A model generated the notes under the pieces. The model ran no database searches and was not told where the DNA came from. It was given only the letters and a program-made list of their open reading frames with translations. Of a stretch of DNA of 64,000 nucleotides, positions 23,981 through 37,780 are shown one piece after another. The stretch is from Phoronis australis (Eukaryota > Animalia > Phoronida). The stretch covers positions 222,453 to 286,452 of the forward strand of contig NMRA01000068.1 of NCBI GenBank assembly GCA_002633005.1. Direction: 5' to 3'. Position 1 is the first letter of the stretch. Each line of letters begins with the position of its first letter. Made by a program: the position numbers and the translations under genes.

Positions 23981-26900
23981 GTAAGTGTCATTCAGTGTGT
24001 TCCTTTTTAGTAACGGCACGAAACATTCATTTTCGTCTGCTACCAAGTTGTGGAATGACTGTTCATAGGTAGTGCCGTTATGTTGTATTGAAACGATGGT
24101 TATTATCAGAGGCTTTGAGATTCCCCACGCCCCTCCAGTGAAATCACAAAGAGCTCAAGATGGACTCAAAAGCTGGGCTCTCGCATTAAAAGCAGGCTGC
24201 CGATGGGTAATAATCATTATTTCAAGCTATCCAATTGATTTTAACTTTTTCATTACCATGGTTGGATAAATATGTAATTTTCAAACCACCATAGAAATGT
24301 ATATTGCAAACATTTTTATAGTGGAACTTGCCCGCTAATTTCTTATCACTGTGATTGCTAGGTCAATTTAGAAACAACATATAGCGACGATGTGAATATG
24401 AAGTAGTCCTCCATGTTGTATCCAACCAAATAAAGCAACATTGTTCTTTGTAAGTTGGCTGTAAGGTATTGTTTTTACTGTGCCGTCCTGTAAGATTGTG
24501 ATTTCTTCCACAATCCACATGGTGTCACTTTCATTGCTGTCAAAGTGGATATCATCAATCCCTTGTTAAAAGTTTTGAGGCCTGTCTCTGATCTGAAATT
24601 AAGACATTCTAGTTAAATCCTGTGCTCAGATTCTAGAAAAATGCAAGGTGTAGTTCTTAGAAGCCTTCATTGTATTATAAGTTCCTCCCATTATTAGTTA
24701 CTAAGGTTAAGATTAATGTCTACCTTAGTTACCATGGATTCAGTATTAACAGTAAGCTCGTAAATCTATTTATACCTTACAATAACAACGCATGATTTGG
24801 TCTCGTCATTAATCAGAGAGATAACTAAACCAATTCATGTTCTCAATGACTACAGAAACAATATGCAGATGTTCTTAATCACGTGACACAACTATGTTAA
24901 GAAGTCATGATTTTTCGCGAAGTTTCAAGGGGGGTGGGATCGAAAAAGACGCTTTTTGTAGAAAAAACGCCCGTTCTTGTAGTTGGGAGATAAATTTCGT
25001 TGGAAATAACACTCTTTTGGAGAGGAGCTGCCGCAGTCACATCTCTGTGCGGCATGTACCATATGCCTCTACTGGGAGTACCCTTTCCCCGGTAATGTAA
25101 ACATTGTCTAAAACATACCCCCATGGTGTAGCTATGAATGTTGAAAAAGCACCCCTTTGTAAGAAATACATGTGGAATGTGCGCTTTGCACCGATTGCCT
25201 GAAACTAGAACTCTTGGTTTGCATAAATACACGATTATAGATTTTTGCTTTGTACTGACCCCCGGAAACCTCTACGCATTCTTCACTCTCGAAAGTTGAA
25301 AATCTCCCAACATGATAGGCTCGATACTGATCACTGCAAAAACTACATATGAAATATGACGTCTTCAACAAACACCCCTTGTCAGCGTGGAGTTGACAAG
25401 AGTGGGATACTGCGATAGGGCTCTGTAACTCGGCATCAGCGACTTCTCGGTCATAGTCTAACCTCCACTTGAGAAACTAAATTCAAGGCTTGGAATTTTC
25501 CGCCCGAAGTGCGGATTTCCGCTTTTTTCTGTTATTCCCTCTGCGTATTTTCATTATATTTCCGTGTAAAAAAATCTGATTTGCCATAAACTTATCGCGG
25601 CAAATTGGTTTCTCACCGTGGCGTTGCCAACGACTCGAAAAGCGGAAACTGTTCTTTATGTTTCGAAGGAACGAAAACTGTACTTGCGGATCACAGACGC
25701 TCGAATTTCCCGATGACTCGTAACTATATGTAAGAAAGATGTTTTCTTAGTATTGAGTGACGTCAGCGGCAATTGAGGAACAAATAAATTCAAGCGCCTG
25801 TTCCTGGGATAGCGTGGTTCATCAATGGCGTCTGCATTTGGTATAAAGTCCCGGTGACAAATAGTGCGATTCTGCGGTCAAAAATATGTGGGGCGTGAAG
25901 TAAACGGAATATTTCGTGGAAAAGTGGATAAAAGAAACAACCAATGTCTTCACAAACAACATAAGTCAAGGTTTGTGCTCTGTAAACTTTGAGAGAGGAA
26001 CAATAGAGAGTGCTTGGCTGAGTCGCCTTGGACTAAGTCGGAATCGGAGGATGAAACGCTAGAAATAACAACGCTTCCTGAAATGAAATTCAACTGTAAC
26101 CGGTTATTCGTTGGATTGGAATCGTGGGATGTGAGTTTTGTATGAAATTCTTTTGTTTGATCCCACATGCACGCCCGTTGCCGTTGGCTGCTAGTGCTAG
26201 GCCTGACTGTCTAAGTGCGATTTTCTACGTGCCGCCGAAACGAGATACAAAGTGCTATTTTTGTTACTGCAAATGTGTTTTAAATTGTCGTTTATGTATT
26301 TCAATTTATTTTGACATTTTTCGTGTTCTATTTTGTGACTCGAGTTTTGCAGTTCAAGAGAAGTGATCACGTGACATTCTGAATGATCTGATTGGTCTAA
26401 GCCATTGTTTACAAATTCCGTCAGCCTATTTTCAGTGTCCTGGTAGTTATTTCTTATGTCACATAGTTTCTTCTACACCAGCGTGGCTTATGAACAATTA
26501 AGTCCTATAATTACTGTTTGAAACTGAAAAGTTTGGCCAACTTAGGATTGGGGTTGATGCATTCTGTGGTTTAAAGTGTGTTTTTTTCTTTCATTTTTCC
26601 ATAGTAGCATTTAGGGTATGAGCCACAGGTTTTCGTCTTGACTTTTTCCATTTGCGTTGGAATTAAATTTTTTGGAATTAAATGTGTATGTATTTCAGGC
26701 TTTCCAGATAATCTTTGAATCGATTTACATTTTTTTTGTTTTTGTAATTTTGTATCGTAATTATAAGAATTGAAAATAATTTTATAGGTCTCCCTGCAGC
26801 AAATCAAGAATAAGCTCCTGCCACTCATACTGCAATTTTTTCATCATTATCTTTGTTTTTTAATTTTAAAAAATATCTTTTGTTGCATCTAATTGCCTTC

Positions 26901-27337
26901 ATTGTTGTTGCTGAAATAGATGTCAGGTACTGCTTAAGATGAGTAAGTTTTGCCAACACGACACAGTAAGAGGGCATCTTGTGATGATAATGTTTACTTT
27001 CGATCTGTTGAGGTATGGTTTAGATTGAAATGTGTAGTTATGGCTGTAAAAATTTCCTTTTTATGTTATGAGTCATTTTAAGCCCTGTAAGCTGTATTTG
27101 CTCCCCCCATCTCTTGATTGTTGCTGGCTCCCAGTGTCCGTTTTTGTCTACAGCTATTTTTCATTTAATTAGCAGCCAAATTCACAGGTTTCACTAGTCG
27201 GGCCTTGAAAGGAAATGCTGCTCGCAGAAAGCTGATGATGTTGGAAAATATGTCTGAAGAAAGTTGTAGTTTTAAACACCAGAACATGGTTCATTGCACC
27301 TTTAACTTCATGTTGTTACAATTGTCTATCTTGGCAG

Positions 27338-27391
27338 GAGGCCCGAGACCTGTTCAAGGCACCAGAGGTTACGAATGGGAAGGAATTAGAG
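27338..27391 (+). CDS. FEN1: FEN1 exon (EARDLFKAPEVTNGKELE)
   Basis: ggcag acceptor, gtaact donor; EAxxLFxxPEV motif. Confidence 0.92.
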
Positions 27392-27912
27392 GTAACTATT
27401 GTCTTATTTGTAGAATTGAGTGAACGTCATAGTGGCCGGGGTTGAATAGTGTGAGGGCCATCCATAGCAATTGTTTTAAAAAAAAGGTATAAAACTGTAG
27501 CATTGGCCAACATGTATATCCTCTTCACTCGGTCAGCAGTCACATCGTGGTGTCGCTTCAGTGACGGACATTTTTGCTTATCTAGTTGTATCCACTAACT
27601 ACGTACATGTGGTCTTAAATACAATATTTTTGCAGTTTGTGCTGTTGTCGCTTTATGTCGTAATTTAGTTTTAGTTGATGTACAAAGCAAATTTAGCAGT
27701 TGACATGTACATCCACTCTGGTTGTGTTGATTGGGATTCATAGATTCATTTGTTTTGTAGCTTAGACTGGTGTTCTGGAATACTAGTCCGCAGTCAAACT
27801 TCGGTGACTGTGAGGGTTCAGTGAATGTGTTGGCTTTGAAAGTCTGTTTGGGCTCTGTGTAACACATGTTGGTATGTTTCAAAGTCTAACGCATGTTCTA
27901 TGTCTAAATCAG

Positions 27913-27977
27913 CTCAAGTGGCGGGAGCCTGATGAGGAAGCTGTTGTCAAGTTCATGTGTGAAGAGAAAGGTTTCAA
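27913..27977 (+). CDS. FEN1: FEN1 exon (LKWREPDEEAVVKFMCEEKGF)
   Basis: atcag acceptor, gtaagt donor; LKWxEP..EKxF motif. Confidence 0.95.
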
Positions 27978-28155
27978 GTAAGTAACATATTCATTCTATC
28001 ATGAAGTCAAAACTTAAAAGCAGTCTTACAATAACTAAGACAATTGGTCAAAGTTAGATTGCAGGAGTCGTGTAGCGTTGTATTGTGCAAAATGGATGTG
28101 TAAACAGTTATATTCACTTGAATAATTTTACTTTAAATCTTTGTAACAATTTCAG

Positions 28156-28276
28156 TGAGGAGAGGATTCGTAATGGCTGTAAAAAGTTAAAGAAAGCACG
28201 TAACACAACACAGCAAGGTCGCTTAGACAGTTTCTTCAAGGTGGTGACGAGCTCAACGTCCAGCAACAAACGGAAG
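28156..28276 (+). CDS. FEN1: FEN1 exon with PCNA-binding PIP box ([40 protein letters not shown])
   Basis: [11 protein letters not shown] box; GT-AG boundaries in phase. Confidence 0.96.
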
Positions 28277-29013
28277 GTAACAATATGTTGATATAACATA
28301 TTCTGTTATCACTGATGTTGATATCACTAACATACTTTGATATCACTTGCATTGATATCGCTAAAACTACTTGGTTAATCTCCACACAGTGAGAGACATT
28401 AAAGTAGCAGTGTGGCGTCTGATTACCCGGGCCCTGATACTAGTGGCCTCTAGAGGAGGAGGGAAATTTAATTTTTGTTGAAAAGGCTTTACGTAGTCAC
28501 ATACACTGTAACAAGGACTTGCACAAAGTGTCACCTGGTGCAAAGGTTAAGTGCCTCCATGTACAGCTAGGTGGCACTAACATTCATTGGCCCCTCTTGA
28601 TGAGCCATCATTACTTTCTGAAAGCCTCCCATTGAGATTGAACAATGCACACCGACATTATGGGGGGAATTTCAAATACCACCTCTTGCAGGGGGCGTAT
28701 CTGAAGTGGGCACCATGAAACACAACTGTTTGAATTTTCGGTGGATGAGTGCCTTTAGTTTTTCAATTTCAAAGATTGAAAGGTTCAGTAAATTTTCTGT
28801 CGGCGGCTTCATTGGTCAAGCATCTTTAAATAGAATAGGCATGTTCTAACATATACCATGGGAGGTTTTAATAAAACAGCACAGCTAGTGTGGGTAGCAC
28901 CTTTTTATAGCCTGTACTGTGTAACGCATAATCTGTATTCTTTCCATATTCTGCTTAAGTCATACTTTCATAAGTTGGGTTTTCCCTGTTTGCAATACTG
29001 TTGTTCTGGTTTG

Positions 29014-29349
29014 TGTAGCTTGTATTGTTACTGTGTAATGTGCAGTCTAAATTGTTACTGCATAATGTATAGCCTATATCGTTACTGTGTGACGTATAGT
29101 CTGTATGGTTACCGTGTGACGTATAGTCTATATTGTTACTGTGTAACATATAGTCTATATCGTTACTGTGTGACGTATAGCCTGTATGGTTACTTCGTGA
29201 TGTATAGTCTATATTGGTACTGTGTAAAGTATAGCCTGTAGTGTTACTGTGTAACGTATAGTCTATATCGTTACTGTGTGACATATGGCTTGTATTGTTA
29301 CTGCGTAACGTATAGTCTATATTGTTACTGTGTAACGTATAGTCTATAG
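29014..29349. repeat. 27-bp minisatellite, ~12 copies (TATAGTCTATATTGTTACTGTGTAACG)
   Basis: Directly visible; one more unit resumes at ~30848. Confidence 0.93.
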
Positions 29350-30847
29350 ACCTAATTCACGCGGCGGACATTAAAATCCAAAGCGAGGCTCACTGCGATA
29401 AACAAAGTGAAAGTTGACATTGCCTGAGTTAACGGTCTTTTGAGTCCAACCTGGATATTAAATCTTAAAAATGTGTCGACAATTAAACACAGAGACATCA
29501 AAAAATAAGATTTGAAAACATGTCAATGCACCAAGAGTTGTTTAGCGAAAGGGTATAATTTTTTTGGAAAACTATTTTCGAAACATGAAAAGTAAATATG
29601 ACCAAATTGTGGCGATTGTAGTGTTATGGATTAGGTATTGTACTGAATGCAGGATTATGCATCTTGTAATTAAATTATTGATAAAAATGCTTTCTACACG
29701 AACCAGGTCATCTGCTCGTATTGTTGATGAGTTGAAGATATATTCGACAGTAGTGGCTCATGGCATTTTGATGTCATGTGCAAGTAGTCCCACCTGGTTT
29801 AATTTGTTGATCCTGGTGAGGTAGGGACTACTGAGACTAACTGTTGATTTGCCATTGATCTGAAAGAATAATTTATGTTATTAAATTAATTAAAATAAAA
29901 AACAGGCTCGTAGTTGAAAATTAAAATTATTTGACCATCAATTCTGCTTTCTTGGTTTTAATAATTCTTACGACTATTACATGTGTTAAGTTTCAAATAT
30001 CAATCTTGACCAAGTTGAATTTAAAAATTAAATCACCTAATTCGTTCGTCCAAAGCATAACCTCGTTTTAGAACTCGAATCAGTTTAATGGACAGAGCAA
30101 TCATAGTTTTCATGTTTCCAGGAGCCTCGTTCATCCGAGGCCGCGGAAAGGTGCCTGTGCCTTCGGAGAGATTTTTTTTGCTGAGTTAGGGGAAAAGTCT
30201 ACCCCTGATCACCATCAATAGCACCTCCGCCGATTGCAAGTTCTCATAGGCTTTGTCTCTATTTAAAGTAGCATCTTGTGCTCTTTCAAATTGTCACCTG
30301 TGTGGTTACAGCTAGGTGATTTGAACTTTGGATCGATAGGGGAATATTTAGGCCTCGTGGGGGAATTTGGCGTGACTTTTCAATATTTTTGAGAGGGAAA
30401 TAGGGCCGATATTCGGCCCCAAAATCGAGGGATTGAGGGCCCTGTCCTTTTTGGAATGAAAAATGCATCATGTTTCAAGAGCCTGGTTGGCCGAAGATTT
30501 TCCAGTCATTGCTATCGATGCTTGACAACCGAGATGGGACAAAATATGATCTAAAATTTTTGCAAACATTTATGAATTTTACACAGACATATTTTCCTTC
30601 GTCGCGGCGTATGGCAACGACCCAACGCTTCCGAATCTCAACGTCCTTAGGGATTGTAAAGCAGATAGTTGAGTGTCCTTATTTTTTCTAGCCGTTCGTT
30701 CGATTTTACCAAACTATTCTGCCGTCCATTAATTTACTTCCTATAGTATTTTGAGTGTGGTGTCGCGACTTCGTGGTCACCTGTGATTTTTACCAGGTCG
30801 CCAAAGAAAATCTTAGGTAGCATCGGCGATCTGTATTTCATTCCCTG
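29350..30847. mobile_element. ~1.5-kb insertion interrupting the minisatellite, ending in a hAT-like terminus
   Basis: Array stops at 29349 and resumes after ...GTATTTCATTCCCTG (CAGGGAATGAAAT on the minus strand). Confidence 0.5.
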
Positions 30848-30898
30848 TAGCTTATATTGTTACTGTGTAATGTATTGGTTGTATCTTAAAAATTTCAG

Positions 30899-30970
30899 TC
30901 AGAAGAAAGTCAAAAGGGATCAAAAAATAAGAAGGTAAAATCTGGCGCTGGTTTCAAGAGAGGAAAATGA
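30899..30970 (+). CDS. FEN1: FEN1 last coding exon (SEESQKGSKNKKVKSGAGFKRGK*)
   Basis: tttcag acceptor; basic tail ending FKRGK then TGA. Confidence 0.93.
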   Translation, partial: SEESQKGSKNKKVKSGAGFKRGK

Positions 30971-33589
30971 AGGAAATGTGGACTACTTTGTGTGCCAGCC
31001 TGATGTACGCCATGTTAAGGCTGGTGTATGCATGAGAACTGTAGTTCAGTATGAACAGACTAGCTGGAAATTTTTATAGGAAGTGCTGGCTGTTTAAGCC
31101 TTATTTGGATGGGTTACATGCTAAAATTTGTGAAATGGAACTCACTAGAAGTAGGAAAACGCTTTAAACCACTTATTTACACAATGTGAACTTAGCTAGG
31201 TTACTACCTAAGTTTGCTTTTTACAGAATGTGCAGGACGTCAACCACTCTTACTTTTCGTATTCTTTCCAAAACCTGCTTAAGTCACACTTTTGTAAATT
31301 GGGTTTTTGCTGATAGTTTTGCAATGAGGTTATTCTAGCTTGAGCCCTTCAGATAAATCATATTTTGTCTTACTCTGTTATAGTCTGTGTGTACAGTTGA
31401 AGTGTTACTGTAACTGTAATCCTACTTTTCACTGTTGTGTGTCAGCAGCTGTACAGACATTTTCTGAAATAAAGAAATTGTTTTTTATCTTTATTTTCTG
31501 GCATAGTACAAAGACTGCAGTCGCAGCATTAGGGCACTTTGTGATACGATTGATCAGTGGTTTGGAACAGTTCCTCACTATTTATCATTGTATACATGGA
31601 ATAAATATTTATCATAACCTGACCAAACTTGATCAAGCTTAATAGTATGTCCGCTTATTTGATATTTTTCTCTAAGTTTGAATTTCATCGCTCCCTTACC
31701 ACAGTAAAGTCTCGCCAATTTAGGACAAAAATAACTGCCAAAATTACCCAATTTTGTTTTTCAAGGTCTTCTACCGTTGTGAGTGCCCACATTTTGTAAA
31801 AAAAAAAATTTTGATGTAAACCATGGTACAGAACTTGAATCTGATAAAGCATTTATTTGATATTGATATCTTGTGGAAAAATGTGAAAATTAGATTTCAC
31901 TTGTCTGCCATATTTTTTCCGATATTAGTAATATTTTACCATGCTCAGTGTACAGTTGGGTTGAACAAAACTATGCTGTTGACTAAATCAGGCTTGTCCA
32001 TAAATCTTATCTTCTTTTTCTACATTGAATTTAAAGCTTGAAAAAGTCTAATAAGGCATTACCAAACTAATCAGCCTAGTGGTGCTGGGAGCCTGGAACT
32101 AGCCTACCTGGAATACAAATCATCCCTCATGTTAAAATTTTCCCCTAGTAAATGAGTTTCTTGACCACTATTCAAGGATATGTGAAGAATTTGCATCTGA
32201 ATAGGTTGAGTTTTGCCAGTATCATTTACTGTGGTTATTATTGATTTGTTTTTGGATAAAAAAATACTAAGTCCAAAATCTATCCACTACTTAGCTCTGA
32301 CCTAGATTTTCCATGGTTACTGTAGATTACTCAAGAAACTTCAAAATGCAAGAAAAATGCCATTTGAAAATTAAGAGTGAGCTCTGAGGTTAAAGTTAAT
32401 CAATGACGAACAACACCCATTTACTTAATACTGTTTTCTGTATAGGAGCACTTCTGGGAATTTCTAATTAGTGAAAGTGTTATCTACCCTAATACCACCA
32501 GGGGTGACTCACGGACAGTCAACGACCGACGACTGTGTCGTAATAGTTAAAACAACTGTAGGATCAATGCTACAAAAAAACTAGTGTTTTTGTTCCAAGT
32601 GCTTGTGCTATATTAAAGTGAATTTTTTCACGCGTTTAACTGGAACACTTCAATCTGGCATAATCAGCAACATAGAGACGCCTCACTGTGGTCAGATGGC
32701 GGCACACATCAATAGATCGGAAACCTAACGGGTCAGAATCGTACTTTGCCCCGGTTGTTGCAGTCAAGTGTTTTGGGTCCTTGTATGTTAATACAACGGT
32801 GAAAGGTTTCATGTTTATAGTGCCGGTTATAACATTTCAAGCTCTACAAGAACAACTCAGCTGCCCCCTGTAGGCCTATAGTGTCTAGACCTACCTTGGT
32901 GACGAAACTGTCCCTAATCCTCCAGGCGATTGCTGGTGATGTTGTAATTAGTCGTCTTCCCCAAAAGTATGTTGCAAACATATGGTCTCCTTCGTTGAAA
33001 ACTAATTTGCACAAATGAATCGTGAATCCCATGATTGCAATAAAGGTTTATGTGGATTTTCAATATGGTTTTTCCTGTGTAGGAAAGCAAACAAACTTAA
33101 AATTCATGTGACCCAAAATTAAAAAAGTGAACTATAAGTAATTGTATTTAGCAGCTAATAAGTATAGAACACACTATAATGTATCCCAAAAATGTTTTTG
33201 CCCTGCAATACGCCGCCGAGAGCTAGCTTGAATTCAGTTACCATGGATCAGACTTAGCGCTTGGCTCTTAGGCCTACTTGACACCTTACTGTGGTAGTAG
33301 GTGCGAAAGCCTTGTGGGAAGGGGTCTTGAGCATTCCGTAGCTTCTACTCTCAGTTCGTGACTCGAGTGTTTGCTTGATTCATACAAAAAAAATCCACTT
33401 TGTAGTAGCAAGAACATGACTGAAGGCTGGTGGCACTAATCACTTTGGTTTTCCCACCCAGTCCCCTTAATAATTAATAACGAGTGAACCACATATCTCT
33501 TTTTACCAGCTGCAATGTCAAAGGAATTACTGCTCAATTTTACATGAACAATTTGGGATACAATAGAATTTATGTCGTGTTAGTACATT

Positions 33590-34570
33590 GATATCGCCCA
33601 CGGCCGCTAACGCGAATTCCAACTTGTGTCTGAACATGGTTCCAACGCGAAATCGCCAATGCTACCCCATTGAGGAGAGCAAGGCTGGTGATGATTTCGG
33701 GACGGCTTCCGCCCACTTTGGCGTTCCTTAGTGGCAATTTGGGTTTTCTTTGGTATGTCCCAGTTTTTAAGTTGATAGAAATTTTGGCAAATACCATTCT
33801 ATGGTGGAGACAGTAGCAACGGATTCTATCCATCCTGCGACCCTTAATTGCCATTTTATTACTCTTCTGTTTTTTGTCACCTGCCTCCCCATTCGTCAAA
33901 CTACTGATCATCATAGACGTATTCATATTTAGGAGAGTAAGGCAAACATTAGTTTTCTGAAAGATTTGCGTTCACCTCACTGATATCCCTCAAGTTCTGT
34001 AATTCATGGATCTTAATGTAATTGGGCATATGTGTTCATGTTGAGAGCAGCACGGCTTCTGTTGATTTTCGGACATTTTCGGCCACTGTGACACCAATAG
34101 CAGTTTTTTTGTGTCTGTCTCAGTGCCTTCGAAGTTCGTGTGTGGATCTTCATGAAGAGAGTACGGTTGATTTGTTTTTTTAGGCTGATTCGACTACTGT
34201 GGTGGTCCCTTGTGGCAATTTGTTTTTTATCTTCGCGTCTTCAATACCTATGAGTTCTTCCATGGTTCTTCAAGAAATGTGGCCTGTGAGATTCTAAGGA
34301 AGAAGTTTGGCTGTTGTTGATTTTTGGATTGATTTGGCTACTGTGGCACCCCTGTTGGCAAATTGTTATAGCGCGTCTACAGTTCTTCGATGGATCCTCA
34401 TGAAAGTTGACCTACATGTTCTTAGTGAAAGCGAAACTGATGTTGATTTCAAATGGCACTGCTTATATCTTTGCCATTTGCGATACATACAGTGGGTCCA
34501 TGTCAACGCCCAGCATCCTTCTTACTGTGATGGAAGACAGTTCATTGCTGCTTTGAACAGTGCTGCTTGC
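33590..34570 (+). repeat. Degraded copy of the same array family
   Basis: GGCGTTCCTTAGTGGCAATTT, GGTCCCTTGTGGCAATTT, GGCACCCCTGTTGGCAAATT; 3' GTGGGTCCATGTCAACGC resembles the end of the 15578-16757 copy. Confidence 0.5.
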
Positions 34571-36865
34571 AAACTACTGTTTGCGAGCCCATTGAATGTT
34601 ATCTATTAAGATGAAACTTTATTATAAGCAATCCAGAGATAAATTGTTCTGTTTTTGAAATGAATTTATTTACTGATGTAGCTAAAACGCCAACTCGCTG
34701 TTGCTCAGTCAAATTGGAGATAATTTCAGGGCTTGGAAAGAGCTGAGTGCTGGTTATTGCTTGGGATCAAGGCCTGATAACCTAGCTTGTCATAGCGCAC
34801 GTGCCAGCTTGTCATAGCGCACGTGCACGGAACATGGTTTCGACGAATGATCACTTCATACTATACCCAGAAATTACTTCTCATCTAAGTAAAATGAGAT
34901 CAATCTTATGTCTCTAAACGCCAAATCAAGTTTTATTCTTAAGCACAGTAGGGGGATTTATGATCGCTTTAGGTGTAAGTTTTTCCGGTTGCCTGTGAAT
35001 CTACCAGGTCAACGGTTGGGTCTTTGTGAAAATTCGTGGATGTACTGCCCATGTATTTTTCGAATTGATCCGACTACTCCTGCGCCATTTACTGCTAGTT
35101 TTAGTATTTTGGTATCTTGTTTGGCGTCCTCCCCTCTAGATATCTGCGGTTGTTAATCCGTGCATGATGAATTCCAAGGGGCCAGTGTTTTGTTGGCATT
35201 GAAATAACACGTGTTGGCCGAATCAAACCATAACACACATAAAAGCAGTAGGCCCTATATGAAGCAAAACATAACACGTGTATTCAAAGTTTAAAGTAAT
35301 AACTTTTCTTGAATTTTTCCATTGTTGTTTGGATTTTCAACTGCTTCCGCTCGCCCCACAGGTGCAGTACATACAACTTTGAAGCGAAACTACCATGATG
35401 TTTCGACTACTAAGTCTATTCACTGTTCTCAGAGTTACATTAAAGCGAGTTTTTGTGGGCTACATTTGTAACCAACTAGAGCAATGGAGGGTTCACCTGT
35501 GTTTGCTGACCACCCTGTTAAACTACTTTAACCCATCTGGGTTCAAACTGGTGTAGTGATTTTTTTCTGGGATAGTTTTTTTCATCCTTTGACATCAGAC
35601 ATGGTCGTGTTCTTCTTTCTTCTTGATAACACGGTTCGGGTAATGCTCTGTAATGATATGAAACGTGTTAAAGCCTTTGAGTAATTGCCGAAGAAATTGG
35701 TCATATTTTGCACGCAGTTATGGTTTATAAATATACAAATATAGTCATCTGGGGGAAAGCTCAGACTGAAATCAGGGACTACCATGGGGTTTGCCGTCTT
35801 GCCGAATTCCTCAGAAACACGGCGATCAGTAACGATCCGCAGATGATTCCAGCATCTAAAGAGTCCAAGGTTAATCGTAGATACTGGGTGTAAGGCCTTG
35901 TATGGTCCCCAGGTAATACCCAGATTACAGACACTGAGAGACATCAATTTCCCAAGTGGACTCTTAAAGCTCCGGTTGTCAGATGTTGGTATCTCGGTCA
36001 TCTAGTCTACGTGATCTGGGCTGCCGGTCAAAACCCGCCATGTCCTAGGTTTTGGTTGTACCGGCAGTTTTTCCTGGTACTGGTACTGGTTCTGTGTCCG
36101 TGCCATTGCTTATTTAATTAAAAGGATATCATACGCTGTTTTGCCTTTTGTGTTCACCGCAAATTGACTCATTATTGCACACTAGAGCGATAGGCATATT
36201 TTTCAACCAAAAATAGTTCTTGGTGCTAGAGAAAGGATGAGTGACTCTTTCCCCACACCCGTCAACGATTCGCCTTGGTCATGCTTTTTTGTTTGGAAGC
36301 CAAGGCATTATTGTGTAACAAACACTTAATGTGATTTAGTTGCAGTTGATAACCGTTAACAGGTTAAAACAGAGCCGGATATCCCTTTGGACTAACTTTG
36401 TTAAGGTTATTTCAAATCTTATTTAGTAACCTTCACTGTAACTCATCAAAAAACCAGACTTCACCCGTATGAAAGTATCTGTTTTGTACGCAAGTGTTTT
36501 GCACTTCGCGCGTTTCATAGGATTACGTCATAATAAGGTACTACTTCCGTGTAGAATCACAACACGCGGGAGGGGCGTTGATCATGCTAATTATTAAAAC
36601 TTCAACCCCTCTTTATTTATGAGTGGTGGCTTAGTCATAAAACGTGTGTTTTTTTGTTCACTGACTGGAATGTTGCATTTGCATCGGCGTTCCTGTGAAT
36701 GAAGCAGTGCAGGTGCCTCTTATGGAAAGCCAAAGAGGAAAAAATTCCAAGAAACAAATTTCCTATTCAAGAATTAAATTCTCTGGAATACTCAAAACTA
36801 GAATTACTCGCCCCAGAAGCTGTAATTTATCAAGTCAGGACCAAAATTTATCAATCCAGGACACA

Positions 36866-36940
36866 GAATTTCTTGCCAGGAGAAAATTTCTCGCTAGGAG
36901 AAAATTTCTTGTCAGGAGAAAATTTCGTGCCGGGAAAAAA
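36866..36940. repeat. 18-bp tandem repeat x4
   Basis: AATTTCT.GC.AGGAGAA units. Confidence 0.8.
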
Positions 36941-37457
36941 GTACTCATTTGGTTTCTAGTGCACCCGAAATATTGCGTATGCAATTCAAAAATTAAAACG
37001 AAATTTTATTGTTAAGAAGTTATTCTAAAGCAAAAAAAATCCAAATGAGCTACAGAAATTCTAGAAACTATGACAATCTATATTTGCTGAATAAGTTATC
37101 CACACTTAAAATTAATCTGAGTGGGGCCTGCAATGGGTGACTGACGGGTTTGAGTATTATATATAATATTAACTACCTCAATGCTATGGTTAACATTTTT
37201 GCAATATCATATTTGAATGTCATTGCCTCCTCGTTATTGTTAACTGTCGTGGTTAAAGTGCGCCGTGACCTCGAGTTCGAAACAGCAAAGTGTCAAATTA
37301 CCGATACAATTTATGCATTTTGGGGATGATTTATCTTTTTTAACTACTTGCTGTGCTAGTAAACTCAAAGTCACCGACTCCGACTCGCAACGTCGTTCTC
37401 AAAGGTCGTCTGCGTGCAGACGTATAACTCCTTCACGATGAAAAGTGCGTTTTATCT

Positions 37458-37599
37458 TCATTTTTTGCGGCATCTTTCCATGCTATGTACACCTCGTTGA
37501 CTCGATATTATTGCGACTCGGTGAGTAAAAGGACTGAGGGTACCTACATACGGAACTGCTCTATGTCTGGCGCCGGGAGATTCGATTCCAGTGACATCC
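37458..37599 (-). CDS. Possible last exon of the MIP-like gene
   Basis: ttacag acceptor in phase 2; reads DVTGIESPGARHRAVPYV... to TGA; the true 3' boundary is uncertain. Confidence 0.33.
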
Positions 37600-37654
37600 C
37601 TGTAACCTCGGATAAGTAGAAAACAAATTTCAACACTGTTGGAGTTGGTTGATC

Positions 37655-37780
37655 TAAATCTTTCTTTTCTCGCTACATGGCTTATATTTTGTATTTAAAG
37701 TTCCTCGAAAATGAAGATAAGGCATTTTGAAATATTGTAAAAACGACCACTTTTTGTGAACAAGGTTTGAGATATCGCTT
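37655..37780. repeat. Dispersed repeat, copy of 4528-4665
   Basis: Alignable by eye over ~125 bp. Confidence 0.75.

Larger units (their letters stand above)
397..30970 (+). other. FEN1: FEN1 gene span (5' part upstream of window), 12 coding exons in window
   Basis: 12 GT-AG exons join in phase to 1064 nt; with ~27 missing N-terminal codons this gives the ~380 aa expected for FEN1. Acidic active-site motifs IDAS, VFDG, EAEA, EDMD, GCDY and the PIP box QGRLDSFF are intact. Confidence 0.97.

Noticed and set aside
28858-29284. Tyr/Cys-rich 9-aa repeat ORFs on both strands
   Set aside because: Translation of the 27-bp minisatellite inside a FEN1 intron.
35582-36110. 139-aa minus ORF as further exons of the MIP-like gene
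   Set aside because: Weak acceptor, an in-frame TAG just upstream and no recognisable motifs; cannot be supported.
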